A stretch of 64,000 nucleotides of DNA from a virus (lineage: Duplodnaviria; Heunggongvirae; Uroviricota; Caudoviricetes). This document shows, piece by piece, positions 10,414 through 19,958 of this stretch. Both the position numbers and the translations under genes were made by a program. Every line of letters starts with the position of its first letter. Position 1 is the first letter of the stretch. The stretch lies in IMG/VR virus record IMGVR_UViG_2737471993_000002; one strand, written 5' to 3'. The notes beneath the pieces were generated by a model, which was not told the DNA's origin, ran no database searches, and saw only the letters and a program-made list of their open reading frames with translations.

Positions 10414-10797
10414 ATGCTGAACGAGAAACGTTCTATACAAACTATTCGCGATTGCACGAGTATTATCGAGACTCATGTGCTGAATCAGCACAAGCTTGAA
10501 GTACGTAAGCTCAATAATGACGCTATTGAACCGGAAGACTCACGCTTCATCGTTACCTTCAAAGACGATGTTGAGCGCGCTGGTGCAAGCGTGAAGCCAT
10601 TAGCTGAAGCAATTTACCTGAATGGTCGTGTTCGTTTTGTAGTCAAGCCAGCTAAACAGTACCCTGAGCTGTCTCGTTTTATCGAGGCTTTTTCGGAGGT
10701 TATTGAACATTCTATTCGCCGCTTCTTACGCAATCATGGTAGCATTGTCAGCACGGTTAAGGCTGATGATTCTGCTACAAAATGGCTCCTACACTAG
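10414..10797 (+). CDS. Hypothetical protein
   Basis: ATG with AAGGTGGA Shine-Dalgarno; 127 aa; no recognisable motif. Confidence 0.5.
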   Translation: MLNEKRSIQTIRDCTSIIETHVLNQHKLEVRKLNNDAIEPEDSRFIVTFKDDVERAGASVKPLAEAIYLNGRVRFVVKPAKQYPELSRFIEAFSEVIEHSIRRFLRNHGSIVSTVKADDSATKWLLH

Positions 10798-11534
10798 ATA
10801 GCGCATATTCAAAAGATCTAAGCGAGTTTCCTCATAAAGGGGAGACTCGTGTTGTTCGTTTTGGCTTTCTTATCAATGAAGCCTCCCTCTATAAAATCTC
10901 AGAAATTGAAATCATTGAACCAGAAGATGACATTTGCCTGTATGTCTCTATGGAACGTGTAGGTGCGCGCAACCAAGGCGACCTGAGCGAATTCATCTTA
11001 GATCGAGCGGATGAAGATGCCCCTGAAGAAGAGATTATCAAAGAGGTGCTCCAGTCCGGGCTTCTGGACGAAAACAAAAATACGATCGCTGGTAGGATAG
11101 CTCTGCGTGAATATAGTTTTGTTGAAGACGGTAATGAGATCGAATGTTACCAGGTAGCTGGTGTCGAAACTGTCAGAGAGCGTCGTCAGCGAGGATTGTG
11201 TCACCGTACCTATCTCTTTCTTCTTCATTGGTATGAGCATTTAGTCTGCGACGATACACAAACCATTCCTGGTGCTAAGATCTGGGCAGGGCCTCTCATG
11301 CGAACCGGCGATGTGCGTATATACAATGCCAAAACAGAAACGTTCGAAGATGTGTTAGGTGAGTACGGGATGGGGAAAGAAACCGGATTTTTGCCGTGGA
11401 ACAGAGGATTGTTGCTTGATGCAGAGTTAAGCTCTTGGCTCCCAAACAAAGTGCAAGTTAACGTTCAGAAATTTATCGTACTTATCATCTCCCGCAAAAC
11501 AAGAACTCCAGTAGGTTTATACCTAAAAGATTAA
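10782..11534 (+). CDS. Hypothetical protein
   Basis: 250-aa ORF overlapping upstream gene end; followed by a clear terminator. Confidence 0.5.
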   Translation: MAPTLDSAYSKDLSEFPHKGETRVVRFGFLINEASLYKISEIEIIEPEDDICLYVSMERVGARNQGDLSEFILDRADEDAPEEEIIKEVLQSGLLDENKNTIAGRIALREYSFVEDGNEIECYQVAGVETVRERRQRGLCHRTYLFLLHWYEHLVCDDTQTIPGAKIWAGPLMRTGDVRIYNAKTETFEDVLGEYGMGKETGFLPWNRGLLLDAELSSWLPNKVQVNVQKFIVLIISRKTRTPVGLYLKD

Positions 11535-11538
11535 AAAT

Positions 11539-11563
11539 CAGGCGACTTTGGTCGCCTTTTTTG
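11539..11563 (+). terminator. Rho-independent terminator
   Basis: GGCGAC-TTTG-GTCGCC hairpin followed by TTTTTT immediately after stop at 11534. Confidence 0.7.
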
Positions 11564-11660
11564 TTAACAGCCATTAATTCTCGCCTAAAAATTCTAAGGC
11601 AGCACCTACCATTTAACCTTTACACCACAGCCGTAGGCATTTAGGCTATATCACATATAA

Positions 11661-11678
11661 GAAAACAAGTTGTTTCAG
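11661..11678. promoter_or_regulatory. AAACAAgtTGTTT palindrome upstream of parA-like gene
   Basis: Palindrome GAAAACAAGTTGTTTCAG; same half-site (AAACAAnTTGTTTAAA) recurs upstream of genes at 15447, 43155 and 54608. Confidence 0.4.
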
Positions 11679-11710
11679 ACGATAATTATATACGCAAAGG
11701 GAACTCTCCA

Positions 11711-12379
11711 ATGACCAAGATCTTTGTGGTTGGCGGCACAAAGGGCGGGCCTGGCAAATCCACCGTTGCCCAGCAAATTGCCGTTTGCCTGAAAGTCAAA
11801 AAGAAGAAGAAGGTTTATATTACCGATATAGATATTCAGCGCACGACAACGAGCTGGTGTGAAGACCGTCGACAGAACGAAGACCTTGAGCTGATTCCTT
11901 TTGCATACGTTCAGGATGACATCATTAAGCACCTAAAATCGCTTCAGGGTAGAGCTGAGTTTGTAGTGGTAGATGCTGGTGGCTTCGACTCCGAAATTCA
12001 GCGACAAGCGATGCTGATGGCTGACGTTATCATTATCCCGCTGCGTCCTAAGCGTCGTGATTTGAAATCTTTACGTGACATCGATCCTATTATCGACAAT
12101 GTTCGCAATGTAAACGATAAAGTGAAGGTCCGCGCGGTCATGAACCAGTGCCCGGCTTTGCCATCACAAGTGTCTCGCATTCTGGCGGCTAAAGAGATTG
12201 TTGAGACGTTTGGCATCGAGTCTGCGCCAGTCAATCTATATAACCGCAACGTCTATGATGATGCGGAAGAGTCTGGTCGTTCTATCTTTGAAATGACCGG
12301 TAGCGAGCGCGACAAAAAGGCGGAAGCCGAGTTTGAAGAATTTGTAGATTATCTGTTGAGTCTGGAGGAAGAAGAATAA
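11711..12379 (+). CDS. parA: ParA-like partition ATPase (small ParA/ParF type)
   Basis: Deviant Walker A GGTKGGPGKST near N-terminus; 222 aa; followed by overlapping small basic gene (TAATG). Confidence 0.7.
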   Translation: MTKIFVVGGTKGGPGKSTVAQQIAVCLKVKKKKKVYITDIDIQRTTTSWCEDRRQNEDLELIPFAYVQDDIIKHLKSLQGRAEFVVVDAGGFDSEIQRQAMLMADVIIIPLRPKRRDLKSLRDIDPIIDNVRNVNDKVKVRAVMNQCPALPSQVSRILAAKEIVETFGIESAPVNLYNRNVYDDAEESGRSIFEMTGSERDKKAEAEFEEFVDYLLSLEEEE

Positions 12380-12738
12380 TGTCCATGAAAATGGGTGACC
12401 TAGCAAAGCGCAAAGAGCCTGATGCACCGGCTAAGAACACAACTCCTTTGCGCCAACCAGTCAGACCACAGGGACGCCCGACTCGTGGCAAAGAGAAAAT
12501 TAAAAGCCGCACAATGTCACTGGAAGACGAATACTTCGAACTGCTGGAGATGATGAAGTTCATCCCTCGCTTCGAGAAGTTCACTCGTTCTGACGTGATT
12601 CGAGCAGCCATTTTCCATCTGGCAGAGAAGTCACCGCAGGAAATCGAGGACATCGTGAAGCTTAACGAGGCGATCACAGCTGCCGACGTTACGATGCGTA
12701 CCGATGAAATTAAACGAGAGTTGATGAAGAAAGGTTGA
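12379..12738 (+). CDS. Small basic DNA-binding partner of ParA (ParG/ParB-like, ribbon-helix-helix candidate)
   Basis: 119 aa, Lys/Arg-rich disordered N-terminus, C-terminal SDVIRAAIFHLAE-type RHH-like segment; translationally coupled to the ParA-like gene. Confidence 0.4.
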   Translation: MSMKMGDLAKRKEPDAPAKNTTPLRQPVRPQGRPTRGKEKIKSRTMSLEDEYFELLEMMKFIPRFEKFTRSDVIRAAIFHLAEKSPQEIEDIVKLNEAITAADVTMRTDEIKRELMKKG

Positions 12739-12789
12739 TTATATTGGGCGTTTGTTACGCCCAATATATGAATTAAAGGATTGATACTA

Positions 12790-14484
12790 ATGGAATCGAT
12801 AGAATCATTTCTAAAAAATTTTCTAGTTTCAGATCATCGGGTTGCCGTCATAAAAGGAGATTGGGGCGTTGGTAAAACTCATTATTGGAATAGTTTTTAT
12901 ACTAAGCATTCTGAAGGATTAGATTTTAATGCATATTCGTATGTTTCTTTGTTTGGGGTTAACTCTATTGGTGATATTAAAAAAGCTCTTTATCATTGTG
13001 CCACACCAATTAATGAAAAGAAATATAAAGAACTAATTTTATCTGAAACGGATCGAACTATGATTCGTTATAGAAATGGGTTTTTGGGATGGTTGAAATA
13101 CAACTCCTTGTCAAAATTTTTAATACATTTCGGAAAGAACGATTTTTTTGGGTTCAAAACAGATAACCTGCTGTCATCTCTTGAGTATAAATTTGTTAAT
13201 AATTATTTGGTTTGTATTGATGATGTTGAAAGAAAAGGTAATTCGCTAGAAGTTAAAGAAATTATGGGGGTAATTGATGAATTGGCAAGAAGAAAAGGCT
13301 GCAAAGTTGTTCTAATTTTAAATGAAGATAATTTACATGATGAAACTGCAAAAAAACAGTTTTTAGAGTACAGAGAAAAAGTAATTGATGTCGAAATAAA
13401 ATATGATCCTACGCCTGAGAAGAACTTACGTAAAGTTTTTTATGAAACTGATTCTGATTTTCTTTTGTTAAAAGTCTTAGCAAATGACTTAGGCATTAAA
13501 AATATCCGTATATTAAATAAAATAAAAACATCTCTGGTTAATCTTAGGAATGAGCTAAGCTTGGCAGAGGATAAGGTTAGAGAAAGTTTTATCAATAGAT
13601 TGGTTCTGTTTTCAGTGGTTTACTATTCTGGTGTTCCAGGTGTTGATTATGCCTTGTTTAAAGAATCAATTAAAAACATACATGTATTTGATTACATGTT
13701 AGATGATAAAAAGGATGATTCTGTATATTCATTTATTAATAGTCTTGATATTATTTATGAACGAGCGGAAATTGCTTTCGATGATGACATAGATTTTTAT
13801 CTCAAGAATGGTTATCTTTCTACTGAAAGCAATATTCGAGGTATAATAGAAGAAAAAAATAAACAATATAAAGAACACAAGGCTTTATGTGAGGTTAACA
13901 ATGTTTGGGATATTTTTAGTGACTCATTCAAGGACAATGAATCTGAGTTTATTTCTAAGATAAAATGTGTAATTAACGACAATCTTTCACACATACCTGT
14001 TGCTCACTTCATAGGCTTGATTGATATCTTAAATAGATTGGAGATTGATTGTGATAGTTATATAGAGGCATATGCAGATGCCTTTGTTAGCCAAGATGAT
14101 GCTTATACTGCTTTTCGGAATTTGTATGTAGAGATATTTGGTAACGAAAAGTTAGGTCTGCTAATTCAAAAAAAATTGATGGATAAGAAGCCTGAAGAGA
14201 CTAATTTAGAGAATGTTTTATACAAAATAATTGAAGGCAAATTTAATCATAGTGACATAGCATATCTTAACAGTTTCTCTGAAGATGATTATTTAAAGTG
14301 GATATTATCCCGCAATCAGGATGCTTTGGATTTAGTGAGAAAGGGGTTGCTCAGATTCAAAAGTATGCAAGAACTAACAGAAGAACAGCAAAAAATCACG
14401 AATAAAGCAATAGGTGCATTAACGAAACTGGCCTCTAGATCAAGTCTTAACAAACTACGTGTGAGCAGATTGCTTAATAATTAA
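12790..14484 (+). CDS. KAP-family P-loop NTPase (accessory gene, candidate defence function)
   Basis: ATG at 12790 with AAAGGA 9 nt upstream (track start 12781 is TTG). Walker A GDWGVGKTHYW (GxWGxGKT hallmark of KAP NTPases) at aa ~24-34, Walker B-like LVCIDDVE. Very AT-rich relative to neighbours. Confidence 0.55.
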   Translation: MESIESFLKNFLVSDHRVAVIKGDWGVGKTHYWNSFYTKHSEGLDFNAYSYVSLFGVNSIGDIKKALYHCATPINEKKYKELILSETDRTMIRYRNGFLGWLKYNSLSKFLIHFGKNDFFGFKTDNLLSSLEYKFVNNYLVCIDDVERKGNSLEVKEIMGVIDELARRKGCKVVLILNEDNLHDETAKKQFLEYREKVIDVEIKYDPTPEKNLRKVFYETDSDFLLLKVLANDLGIKNIRILNKIKTSLVNLRNELSLAEDKVRESFINRLVLFSVVYYSGVPGVDYALFKESIKNIHVFDYMLDDKKDDSVYSFINSLDIIYERAEIAFDDDIDFYLKNGYLSTESNIRGIIEEKNKQYKEHKALCEVNNVWDIFSDSFKDNESEFISKIKCVINDNLSHIPVAHFIGLIDILNRLEIDCDSYIEAYADAFVSQDDAYTAFRNLYVEIFGNEKLGLLIQKKLMDKKPEETNLENVLYKIIEGKFNHSDIAYLNSFSEDDYLKWILSRNQDALDLVRKGLLRFKSMQELTEEQQKITNKAIGALTKLASRSSLNKLRVSRLLNN

Positions 14485-14494
14485 GTATTCATGA

Positions 14495-14545
14495 CCTGTT
14501 TCTGTATATAAATAATAAGTAACTTATTAAATATACGGAAGCAGG
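14495..14545. repeat. Copy A of duplicated long hairpin module (CCTGYTTCTGTATAT...ATATACGGAAGCAGG)
   Basis: 15-bp inverted arms around an AT-rich loop, directly after stop of the KAP NTPase gene; near-identical element at 62321-62385; downstream ~40 nt later a shared CCA(C/-)NAGAAC..CTCCCTTCC block. Confidence 0.6.
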
Positions 14546-14662
14546 TCTTTCAAAAGATACCCACCAGAACAACTCCCTTCCGTTTCCACTTCCAAAAACT
14601 GCCACCAATCGCTATCATCAGCTCATTGTGATAAGTAAGTAACTACCTACCAGGTGAGCCAC

Positions 14663-15403
14663 ATGAGCCAAATCTTTTTCGACACCATCGACAACGACCA
14701 GTACGACTTCATGACAGAGTGGAATACCGCTGTTATGGATAAGTGGGTTGCTGAAAACATTGGTTTGTCGCGCTGCAAAGACGAGGCTGAACTCTTCGAT
14801 ACGAAGTGGTTTGATTACCGCGACATGCATCCTCTTATGGCCACCTGTCTGTTTACGGAGGCATACAAACGTCAGTACTCAAATATCATGCTGACGCACG
14901 GTCGCGAACACTTTGAAACAGCTCCGTTCACCACCGGGTTAAAACGCCTGCCTTATCAGGAGTTGTCGACTGCCAATAAAACGTCGCTATGGAAAGCACG
15001 CCAGTTTGCTGACCGCTATTGCTGCTCATACGACTACTTTATCTCCACCGTTCTTTCCGCAGCTGCACGACGTCTGTGGGACAAGCTGCCTCGCCCACAG
15101 CATTTGTGGCAGCCAGAACTGATTGAGATATTTGAAGAGAAATTAGCCAGACGCGCAACAACCCGTCTGGATGACTCTCTGGTTAGCTTTAAGCATATAG
15201 GAGACATGCAGTTCAACCCGATCCAGGAAAGCTATTTTGAGTGGATTCTGGAGCGTTTACGCACCATCCCCCGCAGCAAGCGCATACGCGCAATTTTCTC
15301 CGCTATCTGGCTAATGGAAATCGTTCCAGAGCGCCTTATTTCCGCCCACTTTCCAGAAGAACTGGAAGAAGCACGGCGGTTTATTGATCCCCTATCTAAT
15401 TAA
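14663..15403 (+). CDS. Hypothetical protein
   Basis: ATG at 14663 with AGGTGA upstream (track start 14654 is GTG); 246 aa; immediately upstream of helicase gene. Confidence 0.5.
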   Translation: MSQIFFDTIDNDQYDFMTEWNTAVMDKWVAENIGLSRCKDEAELFDTKWFDYRDMHPLMATCLFTEAYKRQYSNIMLTHGREHFETAPFTTGLKRLPYQELSTANKTSLWKARQFADRYCCSYDYFISTVLSAAARRLWDKLPRPQHLWQPELIEIFEEKLARRATTRLDDSLVSFKHIGDMQFNPIQESYFEWILERLRTIPRSKRIRAIFSAIWLMEIVPERLISAHFPEELEEARRFIDPLSN

Positions 15404-15411
15404 CTAATACT

Positions 15412-15432
15412 AGAAAACAATTTGTTTAAAAA
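15412..15432. promoter_or_regulatory. AAACAATTTGTTTAAA palindrome upstream of helicase gene
   Basis: AGAAAACAATTTGTTTAAAAAAC; member of the recurring AAACAAnTTGTTT motif family. Confidence 0.4.
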
Positions 15433-15446
15433 ACAAAGGAAAGCAC

Positions 15447-16787
15447 ATGACCGAACTTTGCCATACAGGACGCGGGCTGTCCGAAGAGTTTGATGAAGAT
15501 TTCCAGAACAGACTGACGGCATATTTTTGTCGTGATCACGAGTTTCTTACTCGTGCGGGAGATCTGGTTGTGCCTAGCCAATTTGCCAATGCGGCCAATG
15601 CCATATTGGTTAATATGGTTTCGGGCTATTACCGTATGTACAAGAGCGCGCCCTCTTCATCTGCAATTCTGGATATGCTTAAGCGTGCGAAACGCGATAA
15701 GACTATCCGTGAGGAACTATTCGCCGATGTTGTTGCTGCGTTTAAGCGCATCCTTGCAGAAAAATTGTCCGATACCTCGTACATGGTTGACCAGGTATCA
15801 ACCTTCGCAAAAAGCGTAGCGTTTGATGATGCTCTGATTAAGGCTGCTGAACTGAAAGAGAAAGGCGACTTTCAGGGGGCGATGGCAATCATGGCCAAGG
15901 TTCAGCAGATTGGATCGAACGAAGCGACCGGAATCTATGACTACTACACCTCCGCAAGTGAGCGATTGAAAGCGCGTGAATATGAGGCTTCAGAGGAGTA
16001 TGTACCAAACAGTATTACAACAGGACTCCCTCTTCTCGATAGGTTGCTGTACCAAAAAGGCTGGGCAAAGCGCGAAATGGTGCTTTTCATGGGGTTCGCT
16101 AAATCCGGTAAATCGACCGCAATGGGTGAGTTTTCCATAAACGCAACGCTTGCTGGCTACAATGTTCTGTATCTCTCGCTGGAGGTTCACACCAACATTT
16201 TGTCCGACCGCTTTGATGCAAGATTGTCGGAGACGGAAATGTCCAAGCTGGTGGAACGGCGCGATGAAGTTCATCGTAAGTTGGCAGAGTTGGGAGCCAC
16301 TAAGGGGATTGGTAGTTTGTGGGTTGTTGAGCGTCCGTCAGGAAGTATGTCACCGGCAGATCTGGACCGTATGCTTAACAGCATGAAAGCCAATGGCATG
16401 GTGCCTGACATGCTTGTTGTCGACTACGCAGATTTGATGCGTGCCAGTTATGACCTTCGTGATGATCGCGCCAACATTCGTAGTATCTACACCGATTTAC
16501 GTGCTCTTTATGACAAACACAACGTTGCTGGTATCACAGCATCGCAAACAAACCGTGAAGGTGGCGCGTCAGAAGTTGCCACAATGATGCACGCTGCCGA
16601 CAACATCGAAAAAGTACGTATTGCTGACCTGGTAATAACGATCAACAAAACCGAAGAAGAAGAAGCGAAAGGAGAGGCTCGTCTCTACTTTGCTGGTTCG
16701 CGTAACCAGCAGGGAGGGATCAGCATTCGCGTTAAACAAAACCTCGAACAAATGCGCTTCATTGAGCGAATCTTAGACGTTACCTAA
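15447..16787 (+). CDS. Replicative DNA helicase (DnaB-like)
   Basis: Walker A GFAKSGKST, DnaB-type C-terminal RecA-fold motifs (LYLSLEV, VVDYADLM, ITASQTNRE); 446 aa. Confidence 0.8.
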   Translation: MTELCHTGRGLSEEFDEDFQNRLTAYFCRDHEFLTRAGDLVVPSQFANAANAILVNMVSGYYRMYKSAPSSSAILDMLKRAKRDKTIREELFADVVAAFKRILAEKLSDTSYMVDQVSTFAKSVAFDDALIKAAELKEKGDFQGAMAIMAKVQQIGSNEATGIYDYYTSASERLKAREYEASEEYVPNSITTGLPLLDRLLYQKGWAKREMVLFMGFAKSGKSTAMGEFSINATLAGYNVLYLSLEVHTNILSDRFDARLSETEMSKLVERRDEVHRKLAELGATKGIGSLWVVERPSGSMSPADLDRMLNSMKANGMVPDMLVVDYADLMRASYDLRDDRANIRSIYTDLRALYDKHNVAGITASQTNREGGASEVATMMHAADNIEKVRIADLVITINKTEEEEAKGEARLYFAGSRNQQGGISIRVKQNLEQMRFIERILDVT

Positions 16788-16868
16788 AAAATAAGCGTGG
16801 AGAACACCTCCACGCTTGATTCATTGGTGAAACAACTTTTCTTTTGCCAAACCACAAAAGAAAAACAC

Positions 16869-18050
16869 ATGAGCCTTTATGTTATATCAACATTTAGGTT
16901 GGTCACAATATTGCCTGTTAAAAGTGGAATTATCGTGAGCGAGCTGAAAGAGCTAATTGCCGAATTAGATTTTGAACAATGGTTGGATACTGAAGGTATC
17001 GTTTATCGACGTGGAGGCGTGAGTGCTCGCGGTCGTGAAGTGAATATCAAAGAGTGTCCGGTATGCGGCAGCTCCAACTGGAAGGTATATTTCAATCTGA
17101 CCAGTGGCGTCGGTAAATGCTTCGCTGGTGATCATCCCGAAGAGATTCAGTTCAATAAGCTGGTCTTCCTCAAGCACTACAGCGGCAAATCACGACGACA
17201 GTTCGAGGAATATGTGCAGAACGCCCTTCTTTCCCAGGGGTGGGCACCAAAGAAAGAAGAGCTAGTGCTTGCAAGCACAGTCGAGTTAGAGGGGCCAGTT
17301 GCACTCCCTCGTCATTACGAGCTTCCTATAGATGGCCGTCTTCCAGACTATCTGGTTGAACGAAACATATCACCTGAAATGGCAAAGTATTTTGACCTAC
17401 GATACTGCGTCGAAGGCAAGCACGCTTATGTAGATCCGTATACAGATCAGGTAAAAGGGCAGATATTCGATATGCGAATACTGATACCGGTTTACGATCT
17501 GGATGGGGTAATGAAGACATTTCAGGGACGAGACATTACCGGTACAGCAGAACGCCGCTACCTCTTTCCTATGCAGCTTCCAGCTTCAGGTAAGTTTCTC
17601 TACAACGGCCATAATGCAGTCGGCAAACAGACTGTAGTTGTCTGTGAGGGGGCGTTCGATGTTATGGGGGTTAAACGAGCTATTTTTGACGAAGAAACAT
17701 TACGTGATTACGTGGAACCAATAGGAACGTTCGGGATGCATCTATCTGGTAACACCACTCAGGATGCAGAAGATCAGTTAGGCGCGTTCCTGACGCTCAA
17801 GGCGCGTGGGTTACGTAATGTGATCATGATGTGGGATAGTGAAAAGCAAGCTATACGCAACACTATGGCCGCAGCCAGGCGACTGAGCAGTATTGGTCTT
17901 AATGTGAAAATTGCATGTTTGGGCGAGGAAGGACTCGACCCCGGCGATGCGACCCCGGGGCAGATTATCAAAGCCTACTATTGCGCAAAACCTTACTCAC
18001 GACAGCTTGAACTCTTAAGCAAGGTGAAAGGCATTGCAGCACTAGTTTGA
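16869..18050 (+). CDS. DNA primase (zinc-binding + TOPRIM)
   Basis: ATG at 16869 in the conserved AAAGAAAAACACATG initiation context (track start 16797 lies inside an intergenic hairpin). CPVCGSS..C zinc motif and TOPRIM-like VVCEGAFDVM. Confidence 0.65.
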   Translation: MSLYVISTFRLVTILPVKSGIIVSELKELIAELDFEQWLDTEGIVYRRGGVSARGREVNIKECPVCGSSNWKVYFNLTSGVGKCFAGDHPEEIQFNKLVFLKHYSGKSRRQFEEYVQNALLSQGWAPKKEELVLASTVELEGPVALPRHYELPIDGRLPDYLVERNISPEMAKYFDLRYCVEGKHAYVDPYTDQVKGQIFDMRILIPVYDLDGVMKTFQGRDITGTAERRYLFPMQLPASGKFLYNGHNAVGKQTVVVCEGAFDVMGVKRAIFDEETLRDYVEPIGTFGMHLSGNTTQDAEDQLGAFLTLKARGLRNVIMMWDSEKQAIRNTMAAARRLSSIGLNVKIACLGEEGLDPGDATPGQIIKAYYCAKPYSRQLELLSKVKGIAALV

Positions 18051-19187
18051 ACCAGTATTAGTCACATACACATTGACCGAAAATGATTTAACTTCTGTAT
18101 TGAAGTTGTCAGTCATTACCGCGAGGTAGGCATTCTTGGTATCTCTGAATTGCTTCAGGATGATTTGAACGTTATCGGTGCAAACAAACGAGGTAGCCAG
18201 ATTGCCTCCTTTCTCTGAAAAATCCTTCAGGAAGGTGCAGTCAACTTTGCCATCATTAGCGGTGAAGGTAGCATCATCACCCTGCCAGGTAAATGTAGCG
18301 TTAACGCCCTTATCAATGGATTTAGCAATAAGTCGCTGGGTGGCGGATTTTGTTTTGGCTTTGGAAGCCGGCGCTCGATATTTGCCGCTTTCTTTCAGTT
18401 CTGCAATGTAATCGCAGCCTCTTTTTTCTCCTTTATCGCAAGCAGTCTGATAAAGGTCGGCTGCTTTTTTATAGTCCTTTTTTACACCTTCCCCATTCTC
18501 ATACATAATGCCAAGATTGGTTATGGCGTCGGCGTTTCCAAGTTCCGCTGCCTTTTTATACCACTTAACTGCTTCTGCATCATTGCGTTTAACGCCTAAC
18601 CCATCATCGTATAGTATTCCTAATCCTATCATAGCTTCTGAACTGCCTTGGTCTGCCGCCTTTTTGTAATAAGTAAAAGCCTTTTTATAATTCTTTTTAA
18701 CGCCTTTACCATATTGGTAATACGCCCCAAGAACTGAAGTTGCTTTAACATACCCGGCATCAGAGGCTAGTTTGAAGTATTTAATGGCGAGTGCATGATC
18801 TACTTTACCAAGCATCCCCTTTTGATAAATAGCACCAAGATTGTTGTAGGCTCTACCTTCACGAGCATCCCCCGCAAGTTTGTAGTACTCAACAGCTTTA
18901 TTTAGGTCTTTATCTACACCCTCGCCAAATGTGTACATAACTCCAAGTGCATAATATGCTACTTTATCTCCCTTTTCTGCAGCTAGATCAATCCACTTCT
19001 TGGCCTCAACTACATCCTTATCAAAACCATTGACACCATCAAAATAATTTGTACCTAACTCACTTTGTGCTGCGGTATCCCCTGCGGTAGCGGCTTCTAT
19101 CAGCGTTTGTTTATTGTCTGCGTTAACGAATCCAGAGTTAAAAAGCAAAGTTAATGCCAGCAACGATGAAGATTTTATGTATTTCAT
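18042..19187 (-). CDS. Secreted Sel1-repeat (SLR/TPR-like) protein
   Basis: Start at internal Met (MKYIKSSSLLALTLLFNSGFVNA signal peptide); at least 8 tandem ~36-aa Sel1-type repeats (A..YY.KAA..G...A...LG.MY..G.GV.KD); ~110-aa non-repeat C-terminal domain. Confidence 0.7.
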   Translation of the reverse strand: MKYIKSSSLLALTLLFNSGFVNADNKQTLIEAATAGDTAAQSELGTNYFDGVNGFDKDVVEAKKWIDLAAEKGDKVAYYALGVMYTFGEGVDKDLNKAVEYYKLAGDAREGRAYNNLGAIYQKGMLGKVDHALAIKYFKLASDAGYVKATSVLGAYYQYGKGVKKNYKKAFTYYKKAADQGSSEAMIGLGILYDDGLGVKRNDAEAVKWYKKAAELGNADAITNLGIMYENGEGVKKDYKKAADLYQTACDKGEKRGCDYIAELKESGKYRAPASKAKTKSATQRLIAKSIDKGVNATFTWQGDDATFTANDGKVDCTFLKDFSEKGGNLATSFVCTDNVQIILKQFRDTKNAYLAVMTDNFNTEVKSFSVNVYVTNTGSN

Positions 19188-19419
19188 GTTTTTTTTCTGT
19201 TGATATAGGATGAACAGTTTAGACGCGGCAAGCGTCAAGTGTGCGAAAAAGGGTACTTAAATTTAGTTAATATGTCAGCTTTGTTGATTTAGTTTATGGT
19301 CGGTAAAGTTACTGGGAAACTAATAACCATAAGAAATAGTACGCCATTTAATTATTGTGGCACTGCTCGTGTTTTGATTAACTAATACCTGCGATAAATA
19401 TAAATAAAGGGAAGCCAAC

Positions 19420-19833
19420 ATGAGCAAAAATAAGCTGATTTTAACAGGAGCTTTATTGTCTTTGTTTGCTTTAGTGGGGTGTAAGCCTACAGACGAGAAG
19501 GCTATTGCTCTGGGCCAACAAGCAATTGCGGATGATATGAAAGATCCCACGTCGGTGATGTTTAGGAAAGATAAGTTTGTCAGGACTGATCATGACGATG
19601 GGAGTGTGACAGGCTTTGTGTGTGGTGAATTAAACGCCAAAAATGGCTTTGGTGCATACGTGGGCTATCACTCATATGTTGTTGAACTCGAAATGAAGCC
19701 AAAGGGCATGTTTTCAAAAGGGGTGGTATACAAAATCCTATCGAAGTCGTTGGCACCTAATGATCCTCATGATTTACAGCGTTATAAGCAGGTCTACAGA
19801 AAGATGTGCAACAGTGAGGCTGTAGCTCATTAA
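19420..19833 (+). CDS. Lipoprotein
   Basis: Signal peptide with lipobox LVG-C (MSKNKLILTGALLSLFALVGC); 137 aa. Confidence 0.55.
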   Translation: MSKNKLILTGALLSLFALVGCKPTDEKAIALGQQAIADDMKDPTSVMFRKDKFVRTDHDDGSVTGFVCGELNAKNGFGAYVGYHSYVVELEMKPKGMFSKGVVYKILSKSLAPNDPHDLQRYKQVYRKMCNSEAVAH

Positions 19834-19896
19834 AGGTGAATGCTGGGCTGAGGATATGCCCGGCATCTTAGTATAAACAACTATTGCACCTAAAAT

Positions 19897-19918
19897 GATA
19901 AGTAGATACATACTTAAG
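19897..19918. promoter_or_regulatory. Palindromic operator-like motif (GATAAGTAGATACATACTTAAG)
   Basis: TAAGTA..TACTTA inverted half-sites ~40 nt upstream of start at 19959; member of a motif family seen upstream of at least 14 genes. Confidence 0.45.
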
Positions 19919-19958
19919 TTTTTGTAAGAATACTTTCATCCGTTAGCTAGGAGTTGGT

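Noticed and set aside
16797-16868. Upstream extension of the primase ORF starting at 16797
   Set aside because: The first 24 codons run through an intergenic hairpin (AGCGTGGAG-AACAC-CTCCACGCT) and precede the conserved AAAGAAAAACACATG initiation context at 16869.
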